From Ascidiella aspersa (lineage: Eukaryota): a stretch of 64,000 nucleotides of DNA. Position numbers and translations under genes: made by a program. Below, in pieces: positions 27,200 through 39,000 of the stretch (positions are counted from its first letter, which is position 1; every line of letters starts with the position of its first letter). Where the stretch lies: NCBI GenBank assembly GCA_963924565.1, contig OZ004613.1, positions 13,764,001 through 13,828,000 of the forward strand, read 5' to 3'. A model generated the notes under the pieces. It had not been told where the DNA came from. It saw only the letters and a list, made by a program, of their open reading frames with translations, and searched no databases.

Positions 27200-30046
27200 A
27201 CGAATATTGCTTTATGATGATTCAGCAAAGCGTTCGCTGAAGCCACCTTTACCAGTTAGCTCGTCAGCCACACGTTCGTTAATGCATTGTTTGAGAAATG
27301 GCCGTGTTTATGGGCGCGGCTGTGGGAATTCAACAATACATGATCGCGTTTGGCCCAAAATCGTCACACGTCATTCAGGCAAGCCGTAAATTAACTGTTG
27401 CCTGACGTGGGCAAGTGGCACTCTTTAGCCGAAAACCCTTTCGCTTTCACAAGGCGCTTCACGAAAATTCGGCGCCAACGCAAGTCCGAATCACGACTTT
27501 GAAAGCGTCTGCACTGCGCCATTTTGATATCGCCGTGAATTGGCGTCGGCAGACAAGCCTAATTGCCGGGTAATCCAAGTTGCCTGCTCGGCTATGGTCA
27601 CACAGTGGGACTTGGCTCGATAGCATTTGTAATGGTATTGAGCTCGCCGGGACCCACCCCGCCGGAATCGACGGATAAGGCTTAAAAATAAAGTTATTTA
27701 CGTCATCAGAGAAGTGCTTTTGATCGAGGGTGTTCCGTTCTGAAATATTTACCGGTGTGTCGGGGTATACCGAAATGTAGATCTTAGTGAAAAAATGATG
27801 CGGTAACTAGAAAGCCTACACTGTAACTAACAAAACCACCAAAAAGGTGCTGATTGTTATCGTTAAAACTTGTAGATATTCTTTTATCGATATCTACCAA
27901 TGCACAAACGGAATAGCCAAAAACTCTACGACACTTGTCGATGACGTCAATCAATGCTATTCCATGCCGTCATCGTATAGATATAGACTATACGAGATCA
28001 AAAAAGGGGCAAACAAAGCAAGAATTTGTCGTCAGACGAAGATGTATGGTAACATTATACCGTTCAGGCTGCATCTACAAAGCACGCGATTTAGCTGACC
28101 CAGCGTTTTTTTGTATATTTCGTTTCACGGCGCCCTATTAACCCCCCAACGTACACAATACACGCATACCGACGAAAATGCTGCATTAACAGATCACAAA
28201 CTTCGCAGTAGTAGCCCAGATATTCCGCATGTTGTTTTGGCAACGTATAAAAACGGGCCCTTCGGAAAGCGACAGCGGGGTCCAAGGCTCCTTTTGACGA
28301 GCGCCATTCTGTCCAATTTAGAGGGAAAAAAGAGAAGTCTCTAAACGCGATTAGCCACCGGCCGAACGGTGGGCCACCTGTGCGCCGTATCTCGTTTTGT
28401 ACAGGAGAGCGGGTCGCCCGAATTGGCTTTCGACGAAGAAGTCGCCCTGTGGTTATATGTGCACCGGCGCCACTTCGTGCGATCTCATTCGACGTCTTGT
28501 CCGCAACGCGGTCGTTTTGTGCGCTGAGAATATTAGAGAATCCGAGAATACCGCGGCCGGAAAACCGGCGTCGTTTTCCCGCCGATTGGTCGTCGTACAA
28601 ACGTGCCTAGATACGACCGGCAGGAAATATTTTAGGCGTTTCGAGATCAGTGTCGATGTTGCGTGGAAAAACATTTCCGCGAGAGTTCCACGCTGGAAAT
28701 TAAACAGAAAATATACTGTGGAATAATGACAAATAGGTTTTAATTTTTTCCTGATTTTTGTTGTAAAATATATTAAGACATTTTTGCAACTGACTTTTTG
28801 CCAGCATTTAGGCTCAGACAATTCAATTATAAACACCAGAACAACAAAACGCATTTTACCTTATGCCGAATACATAAGTTTAAAATAAAAACTGTAACGA
28901 ACTTTAAAGTAGCGTGCGGTGTATGGCGTTGAAGTGATCGAATCATTGCAAATCGCTTTCCATTTTTCAAGAGAAAAATCACAGGGTTGTTAGGTGGAAA
29001 TTGCAAAATTGTGATTGACGCCGTTCAAGCGACGAGCGCGTTAGCCAAAAAAGCTAGACAGATGTTGTTCATTGGCGGTTACCCCGGCCTTGGAGCACGT
29101 TGGCTGCTGCGGGCGCGAGCGTTAAAAGCTTTGTGTTGGTTTGACCCTCGAACCCGGGCTGGCAGCGAATGAAAGGGCATTTTGCGCAACAGCACAGCTG
29201 GTGAAACTTCGCCGCTCCTCCAAAGGTTTATTGCGACTGTGCGACGGAACGGGCGCGGTCCGGGGTAAATCGCGTTCGCCGATTTTTGCTGAAAGGCGAA
29301 ATCGCGTGTTTTTCCGCCAATAAATGCATTGATTTAAGGCCGCGCGGATTTGCTGAGCTTATTATCAAGAAAAATGTAAGGTAGTAACAGATAGCATTTT
29401 AAATACAAGTCATATGTTAATGAGGTTTTATGCTGCTTATTAGATATTTGAAGAGTAACATTTTTTTACTATGCCGTGTGGGATATTAGTTTGCTTCTAA
29501 TTTGGGTTATTAGGGTTTCCAAATTTACCAGATAACGTTTGTTGAAATCCGCGTCGGTCTTCAAATCGTGAGGAATTTCAGGATACATTCAGATAAAAAG
29601 CAAAGTATTAAAATGTAAATGTACATATTTGTATAGCTGGGTTTTGAGATTACTGGTTTTGGTAGAATTTTCTGTTATCCAACAGTATTTTTTGGTACCA
29701 TTTGTTGTTATCCTACATTTTATACTAAACAGTTAAATATAGCTTTCAACTTCACAGTTATTGACTTTTAAGGAAGAACGTAAAGTGGAAAGTATTGTCA
29801 GCGTAAGTCTGAAGTTAATTTCCGAGTGATATGACAAGTAATGCAGGTTAAAGACAGCGAGGTTTTTAATTCCTATACCCTGATATTACCTCGACATTGT
29901 GTGGGACCAGTTAAATATGTGCATCGCTTTTTTATACTGTTTTATTTTTTATCTAGATATACGTAAAATTTTAAATACGACGAAACACAAACCTTGGTCG
30001 TTTCAGCGATTTTAGCGCAAAAAAACATTTTTAAATACGCAAAGAA

Positions 30047-33000
30047 ATGCTGTTTTTCCGTCGACACGCCCTCATCGTTTCCATCTGCCTGCTGCTGGCG
30101 CTGCTAGTGGCTTGCGGAACCGCTCGGCGAAATCGAAGCGGCGGCAAGCGTCGGCGGCAAAACCTCGCCAAACCGAAGCCGCAAGCTGGCGAGGCAGCGG
30201 TCGGGACTTCCGCGGGAAATCGGACCTCAGATCCCGCCGAATCGAATGCGAGCCTACTCTCCGCCCTGTTGAAGACGGACGCCGCGGCGACGGAGCCGAA
30301 CGCCGACCAACCTCCCGTAGTGAAGCCGAAAAAGTCCCGCCGAAAGCGGAAAAGAGGCAAAAAAGGCGTAAAGGGAAAGCGCAAGGGAAAGAAGCGCGGC
30401 GGCAAACGGAAGAGGAAGAACAAAAAGTCCGGAGGAGCCGGGAGCGCCGGAAAGTTGCGCGCCACCATGAAGAAAATCTTCGGTTTCGATCACATGATGT
30501 CGCCGCGTCCGATTTGGAGCAAGAGGAGCAGACTGGATGCGGAGGTGGAAGAGGAAGGTGAAGAGAAGGAGGACCTAGCTCTTCATCCTCCTGAGTTCAT
30601 GCTGGAGCTCTACCGAATCCTGTCACAGGACCGCAGCATGATGAACTACCATTTTGAGTCCCAAGGAAACACAGTGCGGAGCTTCTTCTCGGTTGCAGGT
30701 AAGATTATAAATCAGATTTGCTTTCGTCGCCGATTCTGTTTTCGTAGGTTTTTTTGCAGTACACCGCTTTTTCAAGCATATAGAACTCAGCATTTAAAGC
30801 GGGTGTTGGGTACATACTTAACCGGAATACGGGTCAGTTATCCCCTATGTCTATTGCCGCACAATACTTTTCAATATATAACAAATACACGCACCTGTTC
30901 ATAGAAAAGGTCATATTAGCATCACACGTGTTAATCGGACTAAATAGGGAGCATTTTATTGGAATTGTTAAACAACTATCTTGTTCGATTTGAACCCTTG
31001 TCGACAAAAAAAATTAGGCAACGTTGAGTAACGTTTTTAAAGTAAAGTATCTTAAATTAATAACTAAGTTGTCTTTAACTTTTGCCCAAACGTGCTTAGT
31101 CATTTCTGGAAATAGCTTTTCTGCCTTAAAAATGCAAAATATAGGTTGCCAAAATACAAAGCCAGCATTTTAATCAGTGTTTTGACATAAAATTTGCGTA
31201 TGAGTATGGCTTAATAAGTGCAACCCTGCAAATAAAGCTAAGCATATGTTATTTTGCTTTGTTTTCTGTTTTCACGTTCTCATCGGTGATAGACACTGGA
31301 CCACAAGCGGATAGATGATTTACGTTACGAAAACGGCACGCACTCCAAAGGGCATGTTGACCTGTTTTATCGAATGCCATTTGTTGTTGTGCTGAGCTAT
31401 AGGAATTTGTTGATTAAATAGCGAGGACCCATTTTGCCTTGACCAGATGGTAAATCGACGTTTTGTTGTTTTATAACACACGTCGAAAAATTGTAAGTTG
31501 TTGGGATAGGGCTTCTTGGAGAGTTCGCAAAACATAAGAAAATCTATTTTGAAAAAATTTTAAATTGATTAAACATGGTCCTTCACGTAAAACACGTAAG
31601 AGTGCTTAACTTCAGATTATCGCAAAAAAATTAACCGATCTTCCCTAAACAAAAAGGCAAATTTAAGACCCCGTACGAACGGCCATTGACGACGTACGGT
31701 CATACCATTTAAACGCCTTCTCCAGTTGAATGCCGACGCAAACCAATTACAGTGAAAAAAAACGCAAAAATGCGGTGGTTTGCGAAAATCTGCCCACTCT
31801 ATGGATGCACATAGACCAAATACAGTCGGCGGTGCGTGCAGCGACGGAGCGTATATAAACGCACGGTTGAAAATCGATGCAAAACAACCATGTTTTCGGG
31901 CCAACGCGCCCCAACCTCATTTGGGTTCAAGTCATTGCATTGCTTAACGCCAAACGATAGGTATGGCGAAGATTGTGAATTGCGCAGGTGAAACCGCGAC
32001 GTTTGGCGGAGCGCGGAAGGCGACCAGGCGCGGCGAACCGCGACCGCTTTACGCACGTCGTTGTCGAAGTTTTCGCAGCAGCTCCTTTCATGTCGAAGTC
32101 AGCGATGTCCGATGCTTTGAATTTTATTCCAACACCCATATCCGACAATTTAAGAAAACCGATCTAATAAAATATAACGTTACTGTCGTCTCTAATAGGG
32201 TAACGCTTTTCGCGTTGTTAAGCCAACAGGTTACTAAATTGCTTGGAATTTTATAAAAACATCTATTGTGACAAATTATCCAAAAAAATAGAAATCTTCA
32301 AAACAAGGCAATCAATGGATGATATGCTTAAATTATTTGGTATTCGATCTTGCAGATACTACTTTTCTATCGGGCTAATCGATGCTACCACTGGCACAAA
32401 ACATCGCCTGTATGATGTGGTGTTTATGTACATCTCTAGCCAAAACCGTGCCCTGGCTTCGATTGAACAATCACAAAGATGCAAGGCGTAAGGGCCGGAA
32501 GCTATATTTTGCCCGCTGCTGTTTGTCGTACAGCAGCAGTCGAAACCTCAGCGCAGCTGTCGATCGTGTAGTTGAGCGACAGGTGTGCGACAAATTACCG
32601 CGTCAAATCTCGCCCGTCTTGGTTGTGACCTCTCTTGCCCAACCAGTTGACACTTTATACATCGAGAAGGGTTCGAAACTCTAGTGATCCCGGCTCGTGG
32701 CTGCATGGGTGACGTTAGGGGTGTACCACGTAGTAATTTTCGCCAAATAGGACCTTTTAAAGGAAACGGCCTCAAACTAAAATTCTCTTAAAAAGCCCCG
32801 ACGAATATCGTTAAAAGGGCACGCGCAGTTTATTTATCTCTAAATCAATAGAACTATGCTTTCGTATGGTTAACTGTACAATTAAAATTGGCTTCTTTAC
32901 AACACTAAACAGACTGTTCGTTTTCCAAACAACGACGATTAAACCTAATTTTTGTAATTAAAAAAAACGATGCTGTCGGTTTGTCTGGACAGATATATTT

Positions 33001-36000
33001 CAAGTAGCTTATGGTTGAACTTAAATGGTACCTTGTTCGTGCAATCATTTGTACATTACATTACGGCAGGAGATATTGCAAAAATGACGCCGAAGCTTGA
33101 TCACACAGGCGCTACCACAAGCCCAGCCAACCTTTGCACAGCCAAAGTCGTCCCCATTTGGAAGCAAACTTTGCGTTATTTCCTAACGCCGGTAAATGTT
33201 TGTTTGCCGAGGCCAATCGACCGCAGTTCGCACTATACGGACAGAAAGGGCGCACGGCCCATTTGCCCAGGCGCGACGCTAGGAGCTCTGGAAGTAATAA
33301 ACAGGCGCTTTTACGTCGCCCGGAAGCTTGTAAACCCCGTCGCGGCGGCATTACAAGGAGCAAACGGGAACGCGTGGCCCTGGAATTCGCCCGAGGTCCG
33401 TGCGGCCGCGATAACATCGGCACCTGAGCTAACAGCAGAAAGCGTGCCGTCCTGTTGTCCCCACGAAACGCCCCATTGCCCCGCTAGGCCAGGGGTGCTG
33501 AAACTCAACACGGGAGCACCGACGCTAGTTTCATTAATCTTTTCAACGCTCGATTCGCGTGTTGCGATCAGGTCCCTTTTCGAATGCCGTCTGTTTCATC
33601 CAGCTACGATTAATTGATTTGCGTGTTGAATGCATTCTGTCGTATAGGCGTTGGCCATTCGCGTTTGGTTAGAAGGGGAAATTAAAAGGATTTGCCAAAA
33701 AATCGCACGTTCAAGTTCACTTAAGTATATACTTACGCACTTCTTGGCATTGATCTATGTAGGAAGCTTACGCAAAAATTTTGTACGTTAATCCTATACG
33801 TGACCAATTTTTAATTGTGATTTTGTCCTCATTTAAAAGTCAAGTATATATTTTACACAGAAAATTTAGCTCAGCCTGGGTTGTTTCATCCGAAATTGCA
33901 CAATAAACGTCTGACACGTTAAAGCTCCAGAAAACCACGACCGGCGGTGACGAGAAACTCGCAAATTAACCGTGTCAGAAAGCAAAGGGCTAGGGTGGGC
34001 AAAAACAGCTTGGAAATTAGCGACGTTGCAGTTGGCTAAATGCGCGCTCCGATTCTATAAATAGCGGAAAAGGGCCGGCAAATTGGCATTGAACTTTCGC
34101 CTGGTCTTGCTAGCCGTCCGCTGCGGCTTTGGAATGCCGCTTATCCCGGCGATGGCAGGATGATGGCTTCGAATTAAATCCAGATTTCCGTTGCCATTAG
34201 CGCACTTAACATTTTGCCGAATCGGCGTCTGATGCCCGAGAGTCGCTTTTTCTGTCCAAAGCGAAACCGCAGCGATCGGAAATGGCGGACGGCTTTTCTT
34301 GCGATTTCCCGTGGCTGCGGTGCTGCCAAGTTTTTGCCCATGATTGCCAAGCGACTGATCTTGATTTGGTAGCAACTGTAATTGCCGTCGATTTACGCCA
34401 AAAGACCACGGGCAACGGCACGACATTTTTTCGCCTTTGACCAATTGGGTAGCAAAAAATCGGCCCCTGGTGCCACGAAATCTGGCATAGCTAATTCGCA
34501 AAGAGTTAACAGTACACGTAAATGTAAAGCCCGTTCCCAAAACAGCTCTCAAAATTTAGGCTGTAGTGTATATAGTCGCACTTCTACTATTATTTCAAGA
34601 TTATTAATGTGTTTGCCACAGGAAGCAATTTACATTTGCAACAAAACCTTAACCACGACACGTTTAACCGATCAACTAACAACTGCACAATAAGTTCAAT
34701 CTGGCACAGCACAAAGTGTACAGCCGAGTTCAGGTCGATTCACGGTGCAAAAACAGCTCTTCTTATTTCTAAACCGCGTAAACTATGCGGCGGAACGCGG
34801 GTAGGCGCAATACAGAAAGGCATCGCGCGCATATACACACCTCAGCTACTGAACAGCGGCCTTTGATCAGCCAGCGGCAGCAGCAGCTCCTAGATATCGC
34901 TCGACGGGCAAATTGCGCCCTTTCAGGCGACGACGTGCAACGCGCGTTTGATTTCCAGCGGTCGGCCGCGCGTTGAGTGACAGGCGACTGTCGACTTGCA
35001 AATCGCAGCCCATGCACCTGTGGTCCGGGCGTTCAGGCCGTCCGTCAGTCCGTCCACGCTGGCAGACGGGCGCGTGCTTTGCAGGCTTTTCTCTTTCGAA
35101 AGGCGCGAGATCTCGGGATTAGCCGGGCGCTTTTGTGTGTCGGAACCGCTATAGTTGCCGCAAAAGTGGAGTTGAAGTACCGAACGCGTATGACGTCATC
35201 GTATCAGAAATACTTTTCTGGGCAACAGTCGGTGTTGCCTGAGTTGTAAGGCGTCACTGATACAGCTGATTCTACATCAATATAAATAAATTTTATTTTA
35301 CTTAGGCCCCTGTTAACCATCGATATTTCCTCGCGCTTGTTTTGAGGATTTGGTGAAACTTTATGGCTTAAAAAAGGCTTGAAGCACCATTTAAGCAGCC
35401 ACCAACGTATTTTGGTCGATGCTTTAGTGGTAAAACACAAACCGCATCTGGAAGCCGCTTGTTTTTTACTGTAAGGCGTAGGAATCAACGAAAATCGGCG
35501 ATTTCCGATCGATAAGACCCCACAGATGAACAAACGGAGTGACTTGACACTCCAAGCGCGAAAACACTAATCCTTAATTCCCACTTAGTCGCCTCGCGAA
35601 AGCGCCAATTTGCCGCGCGCCCGCCTGTTGACACAGCCCGCTAATCTGCCAGTAGAATAGGCCAGGACTCGAAAAGCCTCGAAAACCGCACATTTCGCAG
35701 CTCGGACAGATTAGGCGGCTTTTTGCGAGCGTGCGCGCGAAAACGTCTTTACCACACAGCGGCGTTGGAGTCACCGCGAAGACTATACGACCCTTCACTG
35801 GCAAATTGCGGGCTTGGTGAGCCTCGAAACTAATCTGAGCTGCTCCATGTCAGCGTACACAGCACACTCCGTCGCGCACCTGTCCATTCTGCGCTAAGAA
35901 CCCTGATATTCGTTGTGCCAAAATGAATCCGTTACTCAGAAGCGAAGTGTTACAATTACAAAACGCGGTTGGGAGAATTAGCAATGTCAAGACATAAAAT

Positions 36001-39000
36001 CTGCTATTTTTTGTTTAAAATTTCGAGGATTAAACGCTTCCGAATGAAAGACCCGTACCAAACGTTCGTGATCTCTTGGCTTCGTGGTATTATTTGCGGC
36101 ACACGGTTAATTGAGTTGACATGCGGTGTAATAAAGGGCACATGTCGCACCGTAAGCCGCCCTTTGAAAGGTTTATCCGACATCAGTTTGTTGAAGTATA
36201 GGTCAGAAATCCCAGCGTGTTTATCGTATAAATTCGCCTGGTGTAACATAATTCACTCTCATCAATTTTAGCAACAAAACTTTCTCAGCCCACTTAAAAA
36301 AAATGTTTGTGATGGAGATGCATCTGGTTTTTGATTCATATATTCGTACACTCTTATATACAATCAATAATATTTCAGTCAGTTTTGCTATAGTTGCGCC
36401 TGAAATGCCGAGTTTTTTTGGTTCGTGATTAATACCATATAGTTTATATAGACTATAACCATAGTAACTACGATTACACTTTTAGCACAATGTTTTCAAA
36501 GACCTGTGTCTGCAATTGTGAGACAGCATAACCTGTAATTTGCAGCTGACCCATCCTAAATCGTCTAGTCATATTCATTTTAGCTATACTTTTAAATGAT
36601 GATTATATGACCTTTGTGCAAATCTTTTAAACGCCAACGACAACCATATAACCTAATTTGGCAGCAATGGCGTCAGAAATCGTACGCTTTCCTATTATTC
36701 TTTATGCACATTTAAGAAGTCTTACCTTACACGTCGCATTCAATCGCAGTAAACCGCCCCGACGGCCGACGGAAAGGCATGGGAAGACCAATCACGATCA
36801 TCTCGACCGACGCGCCTCCGTCCTCCGAACTTGATCCTTCCTCTCTCGGAGGAGCATCCACCAGCTACCGGAGTCAAGCGATGAAGGTTTTTGCTTTCAA
36901 CGTCACAACAATACCGAAAGACGAAGCGGTTCTGTCTGCCGAGCTGAGGCTGGATAGCGACGCGCAAGGCAGCGGTACCAGGCGAGCGGGCAACGCTTCT
37001 GATTGGACGGTTTTCGTGGGCGTGTACCGACTAACGGAAGGCGAAGGACCAGGATCACCCAAGGTGAGAGTCGATTTGGACTAAAATGCATGGCCCAAAG
37101 AGAAACGATACGGTTGACAACATTGAACGAAAAAAACATATTACCGTTTACAGTCTTTTTTATAATTCGTTTTCGATCATTAACATACCATAATTATCGA
37201 AACGTATGATAGCCAATGATACGTTGTTACGGGAACACGCTAGAATGGCATTTTATCGTGGTAAATCCACATTGATTTTACTCGCGATCGAGAATCAAAA
37301 GCTGACATTTTGACAAGCCCAACAGCCCAAGCACGCGCCACAAAAGATAACCATAGCATCCTGTTCATTTTAAGGTTCACAGACGCGTTGGGCAGTCGGT
37401 TAAACTTATCCCCGGGTCCTCGTCCTTCTGGACCAACCCGGGCCTGGGCGAGGCGGTGGCGGCCAGCACCCAGCCGGGCCACATCCTGATCGCTCGGTTC
37501 CACGACCGCCCGGACCTATCGCGAACTGCCCGCGACTTGGCCGCGTCCCAAAATCCCCAGACGGTGTTCGGCGGTGTCCCAACCCTGCCGGAATCCTTTA
37601 CAGTGGCCGACTCGGAACGGCCTAAAAGGAACAGTGGTGGCCGGCCTACACCGAGTTCTAACAGGCCCGACGCTGACTTCGATTTGCCGCCGCGTATTCC
37701 CTTCCTCATCGTCTATTGCAACGACTCCAAGTCCGTTCCGCGTCCCACTCCGGCCGCTCGTCTCGCCTACCAAAGCCTGCTTACCGACTCCAGAAAACGT
37801 CGCTCGCATCGACGGGTAAGTCTTTTGGGTTTAGCATCGTTTGGATTAACTTTGTTTGGAAAATGATTTCATGCGATTCGAGAACAGAAATATGGCTATC
37901 AAAAAACTTAAACATCGATTATTGCTTTATTTCCTTGCTTCAAGATTTCTAACCTGAAAATGATTACCATTTGTGAAGCTTCTATAGATTTAGTTTCCAC
38001 AACCTATATATAGGGCTTTCTTTGTTCAACTTTGGAACATGCCTTACCGAAATAAAATTACTTATACATTACCTCAACCGTTTTCAAAATAAATGCGATA
38101 ATCCCCGCACCTTTAATAAACAATAGTTGGCAGCAATTGGCCAGAAGACTTCATTTAAGGCTAAACCAGTGGTATTCCTGTACGTTCAAGATTGACCAGT
38201 ATCGCGAAATAATAGTCCTTAAACTCGCAGGTGCGCCGATCAGTGAAGCAAAGAGCTTCAGAAAACGAAGGCGAAAATGACACGACGGCAGAAAACGAAT
38301 TTCCTGAACACGCAGGCAGCAGTCAGCAAACTGTGCAAGGTGCGGACGCTAGTGAATCCAGCAGCCTCAGCAATCGGCGAACGGAGCCGCCGGCCAGCAG
38401 CGTGATGGCCACCCTTAAGCCGCGCAAGGCTTCGAAGCGGCGGGGCAGGAAGTCGAAATCTAAGTCCAAGTCGCGCCGTTGCAAGCGACGAGGCAAAAAG
38501 GGAAAGAAGCGGTGCAAGCCGAAAAAGTCGACGACGCCCGAAACGGAGCCGAACGCGTCGTCAGGCGCTTGTGGGCGCAAGGAAATGCTGGTCGATTTCC
38601 AGGAGCTCGGCTGGGAGCACTGGATTGTAGCCCCGCACACCATGCAGCTCTACTACTGCACAGGAGGCTGTGAGCACGGCTCCATGCAGGTCGGTGCACT
38701 TGCGTTGTGTGCGCTTGTATTGTTTGGTGTTTAATTTTGCCAATCGACTGCGTTGGCCGAACGTGCCGCATCGACGGTTCCAAGGTTGGCCGGCGAACCG
38801 CCTATAGTTGCAACTGTATAGGCTGACGAGGGGTGACGGTCGCGTGCAAATGAGAATGTGGGCGCCGTGGCGAAATTGCTCTTGATTGCGCCAGTTCCTC
38901 GAATCACTGCGCAAACCATAGCCAGGGAGTTCTGTTTAGGGCACTGAGGGCGTTTACACACCACGGGAGAACTTTGCGGGGCAGAAAGCTAGACAAGTTT

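Noticed and set aside
30699-30904. 3' part of the 285-aa ORF at 30047
   Set aside because: Read-through into intron 1 past the GTAAG donor at 30699.
34055-34064. Perfect MEF2/TATA-like CTATAAATAG in BMP3 intron 1
   Set aside because: A single AT-rich motif is expected by chance in 64 kb.
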